Counted from the first letter of the stretch, positions 26,101 through 41,100 are shown. The stretch is DNA of 64,000 bases from Octopus vulgaris (GCA_951406725.2 OX597815.1:36580001-36644000); one strand, 5' to 3'. Program-made: numbers and translations. Notes: a model not told the origin generated them from the letters alone.

Positions 26101-29100
26101 GCAGTATTGTGGCTTCTTAAATCCTGTCAAACCATCCAGCCCATGCCAGCATGGAGAACAGACATTATATAACGATGATGACAATTATATAGTATGAAAT
26201 CTATTGAACTTTTCTTAAACTATTATGAAATTTAATCTAATTGAAATGAGTGGGAGGCAAAAGCTAAATGTATTTAGCCTCTTTTCAGGCTGTTAATTTC
26301 ATGGCCCTTAACTATATAAAAAAAAAATCTACTGAATAAATTTAATTTGGAAAGACTTTATAGTTCTAAGAAAACTTACCTTTGCTTGAACATTAATTAA
26401 ATGAATACCAAAGCCATTTACACCTATATGGTATGGTGTAAACCGATTTGCCTACAAAGACAGAAATTACACATTTTGTTTTATTCATTGTTAATTAATG
26501 CAAATTCAAGCCAAGACAGGATATGAAATTACAGACAAGACAGAATGTGAAATGTGAAAGGGTACAAGAATCAAATGGTCAACTAAAAGATGAATTGATC
26601 TAGGATATACAGGAGTGGGCTGAAAAGTTCTTCGGTTGACTATGAAAGAGTGATGCTAGAGCTGTGAAATCTTGCATGTATTAATTTCAACTCTTATTTT
26701 TTTTTCTAGGTAAACTGATATTTGACTGCTCAAAGGAGACTTCAGAAGTATCTAGAAGTGACTTCTCTCGAAAATGGACACAATTTCACCTGAGCACTGT
26801 ATACAATAATTTCATTATATTATTATAGTGTAATGAAGTACCTGCAGAAAAGGGGTTTAACTTCCAAAGACATTTGTACTGACATGCTTGCTACATTAAG
26901 GGATAACACTCCAGCTTTATCAACTGCACATATCTCCTGTCGCCTATTCTCCCTGGAACTTCTGCTTTTACTCATACATTCTCAGTATCATTCCTTACTG
27001 CTCCTTATTTTCCACTAAATGCTCTTTTCACCTCCCCTTCCCTTGTATACCACCTTATTTTGCCAATGATGACTTTTTCACCATTACCTCTGTTTATCTC
27101 CTGTAGTTGCTACTGACGTACCTCTGACTTTGTCTTTGGTACTGTGCATCTTTTGCACCCCATCCCCTACTGTTCATATAATTTTTCCTGCCACCTTCTC
27201 TCTGACTCCCACCTACTTTCTCTACTTTCACTTTCAACTGACATTTGTGATTGGCTGTGCCTTCACCTGCATTCCTGCACTGCCTTTCTCAGTCTCTATT
27301 GATCTGTTACTCACTTCTCATACTCCCACGAATTTACTTACCCACCCACACCATTTCTCTTTTATCCACCTTTCTGTAACTTGAGAGTATGCCCTGACAC
27401 ATCTTTACCACCATCCACTTTCTTTCCCAACTGGAGTAACCATGTACTTCCTCTACACTCGTTCCTGTCTTTATATCATACTTTAACCTCTTATCACCTG
27501 GTATAAAACCACCTCCATCAATACTGTTCTGCCCCTTAGTCAAAGGGTCTTGTCTTAAAAGTTACTCAGTGACCTCACTAGTGATGGTCCCATAGAAACC
27601 ACATCAAAGAAGACAGTGGAGCTTGGTGCAGTCCTCTGGCTGACCAGCTTCTGTTGAACGATCAGATCCATACCAGCATGAAAAATGGACATGTGATGAT
27701 GATGATTATATATATATATATATATATATTTCAGAAATAGTCTTACATATTACCTCACTAAATTCTAAGATTAGCAAATGAATGAGAAATAAAAGTAGAA
27801 TTTAAAAAAAAAATTCCAACATACTCGCTCCTGAAGTGTTCCAAAGAAAAAAGCAGATCCATATATTTGAAGTGTGTGACATTTCTTTAGAAATTCCAAT
27901 TTGAGAGACTGTAATTTGAGAGAATAGAATAATAGAAAAAAAATTAAAATCAAGAAGAAAAAAACAATATTAAATGGAAAAAAACAAACTATTTTAAATG
28001 TGAGGAAAACAAATACAAAATAAAGAGAGGAGCCAGAGAAATATTCAAACCGTATGAGTAAGACTGTCATCTTCAAGAAGCTGTCGATATTGGGCTAAAA
28101 TATAATTGGCATTTCCTTTTACTTTTTGCTTTGAAGTTGGAAGAAATTTTGTCAAATTTTTTGTACTGAAAGAGAAAATAGAAATAAAACATTCAGTAGG
28201 GGATAAATCAAATGCGGCAAGAGAGCTGAAATGAACCAAATATATTTCATGCACACATAAAAAAAGCTGATTAACATTTCATTTAGATATTGGTTGTTGA
28301 TATTATTTGTTGCCAGAGCAGTCAACTGGCTTCCGTGCCAGTGGCACATAAAAGGGCACCGTTCGAGTGTGATCATTACCAAAGTCGCCTTACTGGCACC
28401 TGTGCTGGTGGCATGTGTAAAAGGATTCGAGCAAGGTCATTGCCAGTACCGCCTGAATGGCCCCCGTGCCGGTGGCACGTAAAAGGCACCCACTACACTC
28501 TCGGAGTGGTTGGCGTTAGGAAGGGCATCCAGCTGTAGAAACTCTGCCAAATCAAGATTGGAGTCTGGTGCAGCCATCTGGTTCGCCAGCCCCCAGTCAA
28601 AATTGTCCAACCCATGCTAGCATGGAAAGCAGAAGTCAAACGATGATGATGATGATTTAAAAATTTATTTATCAATGAAATGTTTGAAACATTTTTGAAA
28701 GTAGTATCTTTAGACTATTCTTTGTTTCTTTTCTACCTCCTATCCATTCCAATTTTATTTATTTCCTTCAAAGAACTAACCTTGTGAGAGAGAGAAAGAA
28801 ATTAGCTCATGAATATTTCAGATAGAAATTGATAAATATTTTTACTGAACATTTAAAGTAAACTGATGATAAAGGCAAGCCCTATTACATGAATATCCTA
28901 TTATTTACTGTGATAATAAAAAATAAGCAACATAAACTGACCAGTATGACTTGACAGTGTTTGGGTCTTGCTTTCCACCTAATATATACATAAGACAAGC
29001 AGCAAGGAAGTAATTGGTTTGATCAGTAAATGGGTAGAGTCCATAAATGTAGTTGTGGTAAGCCTCTTGGAAGAGAAGGTTGATGCCAACTTCATGCTGT

Positions 29101-32100
29101 ATTTGCTGGTGAAGAAAAAGACGTTTTATGCAAGATATTCCTTTGGAGCATTGCCATGAATTAAACAAGTCGATAAATCATCACGTTTTAAGTGAAATAT
29201 AAAACAATTATCGGATCCTGTTGAACGTAACATAACAGTGACAGGATGTTGTCTCAGTTTTAGACACAGCAAATGATTTTAGCTCAATAGAGGCCATCGA
29301 TTGGTTAAAATTCGAAAAATTAAACAACGTTAAACTTACAACTTACAATTTTCTCAAGAAAGCCAAGAGAAAAAAATGTTTTATTTTGACACATTCTACC
29401 AGTATACGAAGTTTAAAAGTGTTTAGTTAACTAGAAATTGTGTTGAAAACTGCCGTTCAAAAGGAAAAGATTCCAATTATCTTTTGGAATGCTGTGTTGC
29501 AGATGTCGATTTTGTAATAGAATAGAGAAGGGGGATAATTCTTATTGGTATAAGACTATATTTTTATCGAATCAACTTGCTGTGCCCAGGGAGAGTCATT
29601 ATGCCAGTATAATTAACACACACCCACTGGTTCAATTCTACTCATTTATTAATTATCTAATTGATGACGATGGTGATGATGTTTTGTTTGTCAAATCACT
29701 TTTGCTGCTTCTTGCAACCTTCTCAGTGACTTAGTTGCATTTGTTTGTTTTGAGATTTTATTGCATTTGTGTGTGTGTGTATGTCTCTCTGAGGAGGGAG
29801 CTGGTTTCCAACAAAGATATAAGGCTCCGTCTTTGGGATGTAGTTAACGCAAACAAATTCACATTTGGAACTTGAGAAAAGTTTTACATATTTTTACTGT
29901 TCCACCCACTACTGAGAAGGTTTCAAGAAGCAACAAAAGAGCTTTGACAAACAAAACCAAAACAATCAGATATTTAATAAATGAGGGGAACTGAACCAGT
30001 GTGTTAATTATATTGGCATAATGACTCTACCTAGACACATGGAAGCTAATTAAATGACTTGTTTAAGTCTAGAAAATAAAATTTAATTACTGTAATAAAA
30101 GTTTATACTTCATATTGTCCATAGTTACTGTGAGCTGCTCTGTATAAGGAGAAATATGATAAAGACAAAAATGAGATAGGCACTATCTTGTCAGGAAACA
30201 AAATGTATTTCTTTACTGCCCACAAGGGGCTAAACATAGAGGGGACAAACAAGGACAGACAAAGGGATTAAGTCGATTACATCGACCCCAGTTGGAAACT
30301 GGTACTTTATTTATCGACCCCAAAAGGATGAAAGGCAAAGTCGACCTCGGCGGAATTGGAACTCAGAATGTAACGACAGACGAAATACGGCTACGCATTT
30401 CGCCCGGCGTGCTAACGTTTCTGCCAGCTCGCCGCCTTGAAGGCCATCATACGAGAGTATGGCAAACCCTGAGATGGGAGATAAATGTCTGTTGAATAAA
30501 GTTTATGACCTAATTTTTATTTGCATTGATTATTTCAGTTCATTTATGCCACTAATATACTTTGGAGAGACACAAAGGATATAATTATCATTGCTCTTCC
30601 ATTAAATTAAGAGGTTTAATCAATCTGCTTGAGAAAAACCAAACAAATTTCTCTTGTGCGTGAATTAAGAGACATTAACTGTTGTAAGTAGTGGATAACA
30701 ACTACAATAGTGTAGAAATCTACAGAGAATACATGAACAATGAGTAACAACAGAAATATTTGTGCTACTACAGTTCTATACTTGTAAATTAAATTTACCT
30801 ACAATAGATATCTCTGATACCACCTGTGATGGAGATATCACAAGCTCAAAGTTTTATAAAATGTTTCCATGAACCAATGGCAGAACAAGGAATACTTATG
30901 GAACTAATTGCCGAGTCTATGACAAACTGTAAGAGTAGAAGAAGTAAATGATAAATAAAACAAAGTTGAAAAAGATTATGAAAAATATGATGAAAAGAAG
31001 ATGAGAAAAGATGAGGAAAATGAAGATGAAAAAGAAAAACAAAATTAGAAAATATAAAAGTAAAATAAGACTTTATACTAAAAGATAGAAAAGCAATTTA
31101 CTGAAAGTAATAGCTGTTCTTCTTGGAGATTGACTTTTGCATTGCGCCGCCATTGAAGGACTGGTTTTTCCTGTTCAGGATCTTTTTCAGTTAACTGTTT
31201 AACAACTCCTTTCCAAGAATGTAACTGATGGACAGGTTTGTGTTCCAACTTCAACTGGAGTTCTAGACAATGCCAAGAATGTATAATAATTATTACAACT
31301 AATAATGATAAAACTACTAATTTTTATTTTTACTAACACTGTTCGGTTACTAGTAACAACTAAACTTGCTTCTGCCATAATTTCTACCAAGATTTCCTTT
31401 AGAAGCACTGAGACCTTGGAAGATAAAATCAAAATTTTTCTGTTTTTGTCCTCATCTAATTTAAGAAAAGAACCTTTAGAATTACTTGACCTGCTTGAAA
31501 TAGCAGCCCCAAATATCCTTAAATCACATCTGTTATCTTAAAAAGATGGAATGGTAATGGCTGAAATACTTTTGATCATAGATCTGTCTGATCAGGGCTG
31601 ACTTGGGGTTAAACAACAACAGTAACGTCATGAACTGAGTGTTTGGACTACATATATATACACAGTGTTGGTGACAATACAAAGTGCCAAATCCTTAGTT
31701 GTTTTAAACCACTCACACAAAATTTGTGGATTATTTTCAATTAAGAGACTGACACATTTTCCAACCTACCCATGTTACTTCTCATTAATTTTTAGAATTA
31801 AAACAGTAATTTCCATAGTTTAGAGAAAATCTTTACAATATACAGGACATTTTTTAAAAATACAAAATAAATCTCACAATTTTTTGGTAATTAGCAAAAC
31901 ATTTTGCATAAAATATATTTTCTTTATGTATAAGACAGTATATAGACATCTTTATGTATATAGACATCACTGAAGAGTGGAAACTAGCTCTCAGTGAATC
32001 AAGTCTGTGACTAAAATTCAATTAATTTTCCTTTAAATATGAATATCACTGCTCATATTTTTATCCCAGTTCTGATGTCCACAGGGCTAATTTCCCAATG

Positions 32101-35100
32101 GTGGATATCATTAATTATTAACAATAAAGCTGAAAATACAATCAATACTTTGCTTAACTATTTATTTCCACCATCACCACCACTACTACAACCTCCTCCT
32201 CACACTTGTTTCAACATCCACTATTCCATGCTTGCATGGGTCAGACAAACTTCATTGACACAGATTTTCTATGGCCACATGCCCTCTATATCACCAACCC
32301 TCACCTCACTTGTTTCCAAGCATGGTGGTATTTTTCCTATGGCCAGACTGGTTTTTTTTATTTTTACAGAAGGCTAGAAAAAACATTACTTGTATTATGG
32401 TGATGCTCCTTCACAACCACCAAGTGATGTCAAAACAAATGTACATACACACACACACAACAAGCTTCTCTCAATTTCATTCAATTGAATAGTTCTTTGG
32501 TCAGCCAGGGCTATTGTAGAAGACAGTCACCTAATTTGCCCAAGTGTGGAGACAGAACTTGAAAACATAGTGAGGAAGCAAGCTTTTCAACCACAGTCTC
32601 AGTGGGACAAAGGCTTAATACTCTCATATATTTCCACATTATATACATACACTGTAATGACTGTTTACAGTTAAGATTTTGAGTTTACTCTTTTTATTTG
32701 TACTGATATTTTTAACCTTTCCTCATATTACCAAATAATTGCATCAGTGAAAGTCCAATGGTCATGAAAGTATTAAACTAGTGATAACATGCATACTAAT
32801 TCAAGCTAAGCTTTAGTTCTTATACTGCCTCTTGAGCAAATTACACAATTTTGCTTCTCTCAGTTTGCCTGGCTGACAAATAAATCCCACTTTCTATTTT
32901 ACAGTTGAGTGGTTAGCAGTATGAAGGACACTCAAGCGTAACAGTTTCTGTTTCTGCAAAATACAAATGCCTAAATTTGCAAAAGCTTTTCTTCTATGAT
33001 GGAAATAAAAAAAAGGAGCAAAAGGTTTTGAATATTTTTAAAGAAATAGAGAAATAATAAATAAAAGTTAATGATAGTTATCAATATACGTACCAAGACT
33101 TTGTGAACAAATCCATATTGAGAAAATATTTCCGTAAGATTCAGGCAGGTCAAGTTCCTAAATGAACACAATAATAATTTTATAATAATGTATTTTGAAT
33201 CTCACACTATTGTTTAATCATCATCATCATCGTTTAACATCCATTTTCCATGCTAGCATGAGTTGGACGGTTTGACCAGGGTCTGGGAAGCCAGGAGGCT
33301 GTACCATGCTCCAGTCTGATCTGGCAGTGTTTTTACAGCTGGATGCCCTTCCTAACGCCAACTACTCCGTGAGTGTAGTGGGTGCTTCTTATGTGCCACC
33401 GGCACAGGGGCCGGAGGAGGCTGACAAACAGCCATGATTGGTGCTTTTACGTGTCACTGACATGGATGCCAGTCTGGCGGCGCTGGCATCTGCCATGTTC
33501 GGATGGTGCTTTTTATGTGTCACCAGCACAGGTATCACAACTACAATTTTCATTTGATTTTTATTTTGATGTTAACATCTGCCTTCCATGTTGGCATGGG
33601 TAGGATGGTTTGGCAGGGGCTGACAAGCTAGAGGATTGTATCAAGCTCTATTGCCGGCCACTTTACAGAGTGTAGTGGGTGCTTTTTACATGGTATTTAC
33701 ATCAGCAAGGTCACCAAGTAACTTACAAGACAAAAAGCCCTGAACTGTAGATAAAACAGTTGGTTTGTGGAAGAGTCATGGCTGACCAAGGTATCTAATT
33801 ACCAGCTGAAGAATTGAATATTCATACCATGTCATCACTATGTTGCTCATCATCAGCATCGTTTAACGTCCACTTTCCAGACGATTTGACTGATGGCTGG
33901 CAAACCAGATGGCTGCACCAGGCTTCAATCTTGATCTGGCAGAGTTTCTACAGCTGGATGCCCTTCCTAACACCAACCACTCCGAGGATGTAGTGGGTGC
34001 TTTTACATGCCACCGGCACAGGGCCAGTCAGGTGGTACTGGCAACGACCTCGCTCTAATCTTTTACACATGCCACCGGCACAGGTGCCAGTAAGGCGATG
34101 CTGGTAACGATCATGCTTGAATGGTGTCTTTTACGTGCCACTGGCATGGAGGCCAGATATGTTGCTGTGACACAGAAATAAGTATCATGGGAAGGCACAA
34201 CACACAACCAAAGTTAAATGGAAGAAAGATTACTATAACACTGAGAAGTGTTTTGCTAACTTACAGTACTGATCTCAAATCCCCAGAACAGGAAACAATT
34301 TCAAAAGAACACTAATAAACACTAAGTTACAGATATTACTTAACTAAATTTATTATTCAGTTGGTCTGGGGAGTGCAGGTCACACTACAAATATTTCATG
34401 CAACTATTCTAATGTAAAATTACTTATAGGCGCAAGAGTGGCTGTGTGGTAAGTAGCTTGCTACAAACATAGCCACATGGTTCGACTCTTCCACTTATCA
34501 AGTATCACATACCTCCTGAATAATTCATACCTTGTACTGCCTATTACACAAACCAGCTGCCTAAAGGAATGAAATAAGAGAAGAGAGACAGAGAATACGA
34601 GAGCTGTTTTCTGACAGATGAGGGTATCATCTGGCCTGCCTCTTCTGTCTTACAAAGTGATGTCAATGTATGCCAGCTGGTCATGGTATTCAGCTACACA
34701 GTCATTTGCCCATTTGGTAAAAACAGCCAAATTTTTCTCAAATAAAACATATTGGACAATGTAGTTTTCGATATACAAAAGACAGGGTGGCCACATCTGG
34801 AATGCATTTCCTCTTAGGTCTGTTTGATCAGAGCTGATCTGGAGCTAAAGAACAACAGGCAAATTTATGCTGAATCAATGATGAAAGGCCTTTGCAAGAT
34901 TACTCAACCTATGAGACAACCAAGTTGTTGCTCTCAATCCACACACTACTGTTTTAAAGAAAGGATGCATTGGACAAAGCTCTGTGTGTGTGTGTGTATG
35001 TATGTATGTACACACACATGCACATATAAGTGGTTGGTATTAGGAAGGGCATTTAGCCATAAAAACCATGCCGAAAGAGACAGTTAAGCTTGGTGCAGTC

Positions 35101-38100
35101 TTCTGGCTTGCCAGCTCCTGTCAACCTGTCCAACTCATGCCAGCATGGAAAACAGATGTTAAATGATGATGATAATGATATGATATATATAATATATGTA
35201 CACATACACAAACAAAAGATGAGATAATATATTACATAAATTCAGAAACAACAAAAAAAAAAAACCCCAACTGAGTGTAGTGTTTATCCTCACTTAGGCA
35301 AATCATAAAATCCATTCTTTCCCCTTCAACTGGTAGTAATAGTGTAATGTCACCATTAAAAAGTGTCTTAATATAAAGCAACTTAGCCAGGAGGAATCCA
35401 CTCACCTACAAATCCACTCACCTAACATGAATAATCAAATTCAGCATGACCTACTGAAAAAGTGGTGGTTTCCTCCAAGCTATTATTTCCTTAGGTGGTG
35501 AACAGTAACACAATCTGGTTCAGTACACTCAGGAGGACTGAGTAGCTTAGAGTGACAGGATACCTTTTAACAATCTTTGTTTGTTAGTTTGACCCTTTAT
35601 AGATTTAACCACCTGTTACTGTTTTGCTAAATTTTTTTTTTTTAAGAAACATCAGAGATAAAACCATTAAGTTTCTAGCAATTAAAATTTGGTTTAACAC
35701 AACCACTTGAACCCGTTCATGCCTTTAGTGAAAGAGCTCACTTTGTTGCAGGTACTTGGATCAGGTTTATGGCTTAAGGATATCTCCCTTTCTCGCTTCC
35801 ACAAATTTTAGGGGTCCTGTGAACAGGCTTGTGGGTTCAGTACACCCAGGAGAACTGTGTAGCTTTGAATTAAAGAGTGGCGGGATTCCTTTTAACAATC
35901 TTCGTTTGTTAGTTTGACCCTTTATAGATTTAACCACCTGTTACTGTTTTGCTACTCTTTTTACTTGTTTCAGTCATTTGACTGCGGCCATGCTGGAGCA
36001 CCGCCTTTACGTAATTATTTCAACATGAGTTTTGAGCAGTGAGTGTAGAAGCAACATATAAATAAGTTATACTTTAGGTGGAACGATGAAACTGGGAATA
36101 AGTAGGCACTAAGTATAATAGTGAAAGACTATCATAATGGGCCTCCAGAAAGTAGTTGTATACCTTAACATATTTCCACCAAACTGTACCGAGGACTTCA
36201 ATGGATTGCAGCAAATTTGTTGTTCTAAGTAATTCTGAATCTTGTGCATTCCAAGACTGACTTACACGGGTACTATCTATCTCTATAAATTCTAAACTTG
36301 CTTTTCTGTTTATTCTTTGAGAAACAGGTCAAATGCAAATAAATCAAAGTATGAGTTCTGGTGCCTACTTTATTGAATTCTGGCAGAACAAAAACAGCAG
36401 CTTTTTATCTTCCAGGATTACTACATTGTCAAATCAAACAAACAAAGGCTTACTCACTCTTAGCATTTGCTCCCTGAAGTGGCTGACAGTTGTATTATCT
36501 CCTGTAGTCAAGTTTAAGGTTTTCTGCTTTCCGTCCATGAGGTGAATTTCAATTTTGCGACTCTAAATAAAAGAGCCAAATACATAACAATGAAGCCATT
36601 ATCTGTGCTTCAGAAATTAGACCTTATTAAACAAGCAATTAATGATTATAATATTAAACTTGTATTTTAGTTTTTCAGGTTTTAATTAATACAAATATTT
36701 GATCATAAAAAAATGAAGTTTATAATCAAGTAACAATTTTTGTAAAATATCTGTAGGATCTGGGAATGAAAAAAAAGCTAAGAGGAGTATGGAATTCTTG
36801 GATTTTTCTGCAGTAGTTTTCTGTATGAATGAATGAAATTTGTTTAAACTTACTGGTCTGTTCATAGCAGCTTCTAACAGATCAGCTGCTCGTTTCATTT
36901 CAGGACTGGATGCTTTACAACACAGATCATAGGGAGTTTTGTTGTTCTTATTTCGAGCGTTCTGTGAAGGATGCACAAAAGAAAAAAAAAAGAAAAAAGA
37001 AAATTAGAATCTACTTTCCACTTTCAGTTATTCTCAAAGTCTATTGGTCATCATATAAATTTCTTCTTTTTTCCCCATTTATTTTCATTTTTTTCCAATG
37101 TTATTTGAATTAACACAAAAAGTATATTTAGTATAATGTTTCATATTTTTTTGTCATTCTATTCTTCTTCTACAACTTTTGTATATTGTTTTTGAAAGTT
37201 GAATAATTTTTTTTTTGTTTCAGATGAATGATGATGAAATGCCAAGTAATAAAAAAAATGAATTCATTTGACAACCCACTAATTTTTTTTTTGGACACAC
37301 ACACACAAAAATAACAGGTAGGATATGACAATGAATTCTAGAAAACTAAGGTTTTAGTGACCTCAGCATAGAAAATGCTTCCATTTCATCACTAAATGTT
37401 GCAGTATATGAATATCTCGTAGAGACAAACCAAATGTAAATTCCAAATGATATTTTTACTCAGTACAAATTTCGTTTTTAAAAACACTTTCAAACTATGA
37501 AGTTTCAAAACTATAATGAAAAAATGTGTGGACATAATTTTACATTTTGTACACGAGTTACAGTTTTTAACCAAATTTAAATGAGAATATATATAAAAAA
37601 TTTGTGAACCACCACTGAATCCACAGATCCCAATTTAAGTATGTAACCTGGTTTTGGCTTTCAGTTATATTTCACTTCATTTAAACTGTTAACATCATTG
37701 GAAAAAAAATGGAAAAACTTGAATCACAGTTCACATTTTCCCCACCTCCTAACAATCCCAGGCTTCCATGTAGTATTTTAGTGTTACTATAACAAAGTCA
37801 GAAGAAGTTACTATTATTATAAAAAGACAAAACTGAATCAAGTTATTTTGTTATGAAGGTAAAGATATAAAGCTTACCACATCAATATTTGAATCTTCCA
37901 ATAAGACATCAACAACATTTGGCTTCCCTCTCATAGCTGCAATGTGTAAAGGTGTCTGGTGATCCATATTTGTAATGTTGGGAGAACATCCTGCCCTTAG
38001 CAATGTTACCACAGCATCAGCATGCCCTTTCCTTTATACAAATAAATGAAGTACAATTACGCATTTCTTTAAAATATTAAAGCCGGAGGCATAAAGTAGA

Positions 38101-41100
38101 AACATTATCTAACCATTTCTTACTTTTTTTTCCAGACATAGCGTATCTTGGGATACAGAGAAAGATTTGGTTGCTATTTCTAGCAAATCAAGCAACTGTA
38201 TACATGTTCCCACATTATGTCATGCTAAAAATGTTTGTTGTATAGTCTCAGGTCACCTGAGAGTAGACCTTTGATCAAACCTGTTCCAGCTGTAACTACT
38301 CTGTCTCCTAAGACAGAATGCATCTAGAATTACATTATCCAATGGGTTCCTCTTATAAGAACAAGGTGTGATTTGAGATAGTTCTGACTGCTAATTCTAG
38401 GAGGTTAAGCAATTGCATACAAGTTCCTTCTTTATCAGAATATATAGTTTGTAGCTATAGGCAATGGAGTGTTAGATAACTAACAAGTACTTTGTCAGCC
38501 AATAACACTGAGCTCAAATTCTATTAGAAGCCTAGAGAAGACTATGGAATATCACTCTAGTGCATCCTTCTACAATAAGAATATGTAATGTCAAAGTCTT
38601 TAGTAATGTTCTAGCAATCAATGGATTATGACATTTCTTTATGATGATCAGAATATCAATGAAAGACACATCTTCGAATTTGTGGAGCCATCCAATCTAA
38701 GTGGAAAATGAAAGATAAATGCAAAAAACTATAAGCATTCACAAAATACATTGTACTATACTTTTAAAATACAGAATTCTTGTAAATTATATGGGAACAG
38801 AGATTTCAGAATCCTTTGAGGCCAAAACTGCAAGTTACAAGAGTGAAAGCTACTTACCAGGCTGCATAATGAATTGGTGCAAACCCTTTGTCATCCTTCA
38901 TGGAATGTGGAATCTTACTAAGTCTCATTATTCCATTGACATCTCCTTCATATGCACACTTATGAATTGGGTAATTTCTAGCCCATAACTGATCCCTTGA
39001 AATCAAATGAGAGATTCATATATGCATTATCAGACATGTTATTTTTGCATGAACAGTAACATTTACATCTGTTCTTCTGTTCTAACTGGAGTTAGATGAA
39101 AACATTAATAAGGCATTGTTTTACAGTTGGATGTACTTCCTGTTGCTAATCCTTGCCTGTTTTTCAAGAAAGAGAGGCTTCATTTTACTTGACTTTGAAA
39201 TGTACAGCTAATAAACAATATGTCAGTATGTCACCAAACATGAAGCCCTGTAGTTCAGTGCTTTTTCATACAAACTGAGAATGTAAACATGAACACAGAT
39301 ACCCTCACACATAGAATCATCATCATCATTGTCATAACGTCGCTTTCCATGCTGGCATGGGTTGGACGGTTTGACTCTGGGCTGGCAAGCCAAAAGGTTG
39401 CACCAGGCTCCAATCCGATCTGGCAAAGTTTCTTCCTAATGCCAACTAGTCCGAGAGTGCAGTGGGCACTTTTTACATGCCACTAGCACAAGGGCCAGTC
39501 AGGTGGCACTGGCAATGGTCACGCTTGAATGATGCTTATGTACCACTGGCATGGGACCAGACAGGTGGTACTGGCATTGACCAGGCTCAAATGGTGCTTA
39601 TTATGTGCCACTGGCACAGGTGCCAATCAGGTGATACTGTCATTGACCACAACAATGACTTCACTTGCCTCAACAGGTCTTTGTAAGCGCAGTTTATTGC
39701 CCAATGATTGAAGGGTACTCTTAAATGGGCTGGTTATGCTGCACTGCCATAGGCCATGGTTACGGTCTCACTTGGCTTGCTGGGTTTTCCCAAGCACAGC
39801 ATATCTCCAAAGGTCTTGGTCACTTGTCATCGCCTCAGTGAGGTCCAATGTTTGAAGGATGTGCTTCACCACCTTGTCCCAGGTCTACCATTCCACAAGT
39901 TCCCTCTACTGCTGGGGTGTGACACTTTTTCACACCACTGTCCTCATCCATATGCAACACATGGCCATACCAGTGCAGTTGTCTCTCTTACACACCACAT
40001 CTGATGCTTCTTATGTCCAACTTTTCTCTCAGAGTACTTTACATTCTGTTGTGTATGCATACTGAAATTACACATCTAGTGGAGCATACTAGCTTCATTC
40101 CTTGCAAGCTTACGCATGTCCTCAGCAGTCATGCCCCATGTATCTCTGCCATGTAGCATGGCAGTTCATACACATGCATCATACAGTCTACCTTTTACTC
40201 TGAGCGAGAGGCCCTTTGTCACCAGCAGAGGTAGGAGCTCTTTGAACTTTGCCCAGGCTATTCTTATTCTAGCAGTTACACTCTCAGAGCATCCACCAAG
40301 GTAACGAAGGCTCTCAACTACTTGTAGTTTTTCCCTCTGGAATGTGACGGAGGCTGTTTTCTGCACATTTTCAGTGCTTATTGCCCGAGCATATGCCATA
40401 CACAAAAACTATCTTCCCAGTTAGCCTTCCTTTGATAGTGCTGCACCTCTTGTGTGTCCATAGCTTATACTGGGTACATCTTATGGAGTTTCTAACTACA
40501 CATGTATAGTCATATCTGTCCAACCCATGCCAACATGAAACATGGGTGTTAAAAATGATGATGATGAGATATGTGTGTATGTGTGTGTGTATGTGTGTGT
40601 GTGTAGGCACATGGCTTAGGGGTTAGGGTATTGGACTCATGATTGTAAAATTGTGGTTTTGATTCCTGGAGTGGGAAATGCATTGTGTTCTTAAGCAAAA
40701 TACTCCATTTCATGTTGTTCCAGTCCACTCAGCTGGTAAAAATGAATAATCCTGTGTCTTGTCCATGGAGGAATATATAAGATAGAGTAACCGAGAAACC
40801 AGCCCTATGCTCCTTACGGAGTAATGTGGACTACACACACACAAAATATGAGATGCTTTGACATCTTGTCACTACCATCTGTCTTCTTTACAGCTACTCC
40901 TACCCATCTTTATAAAGTGCAGAGTATCTCCTCTCTAGCAAGACAACTAGGCTTGTCCCCCTGTCACACTTTAGTCTCTTAACACTAGGCATAAAATCAC
41001 TGCTCCCACCCCATCCCACATACTCACCCCGACCATTAGTTGAGTGGGTGGGGGCTTTTGTGTTTTTCCTGTTCTTGTTAACTTCATTAGAGTCAGTGAC

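Noticed and set aside
31967-31997. TCACTGAAGAG..GAAAC..CTCTCAGTGA hammerhead-like hairpin
   Set aside because: Stem II is absent; too degenerate to support.
34265-34311. Possible small KRIT1 exon with GTAAGT donor
   Set aside because: Exon 33094-33157 already supplies the homologous IWICS segment in the correct phase.
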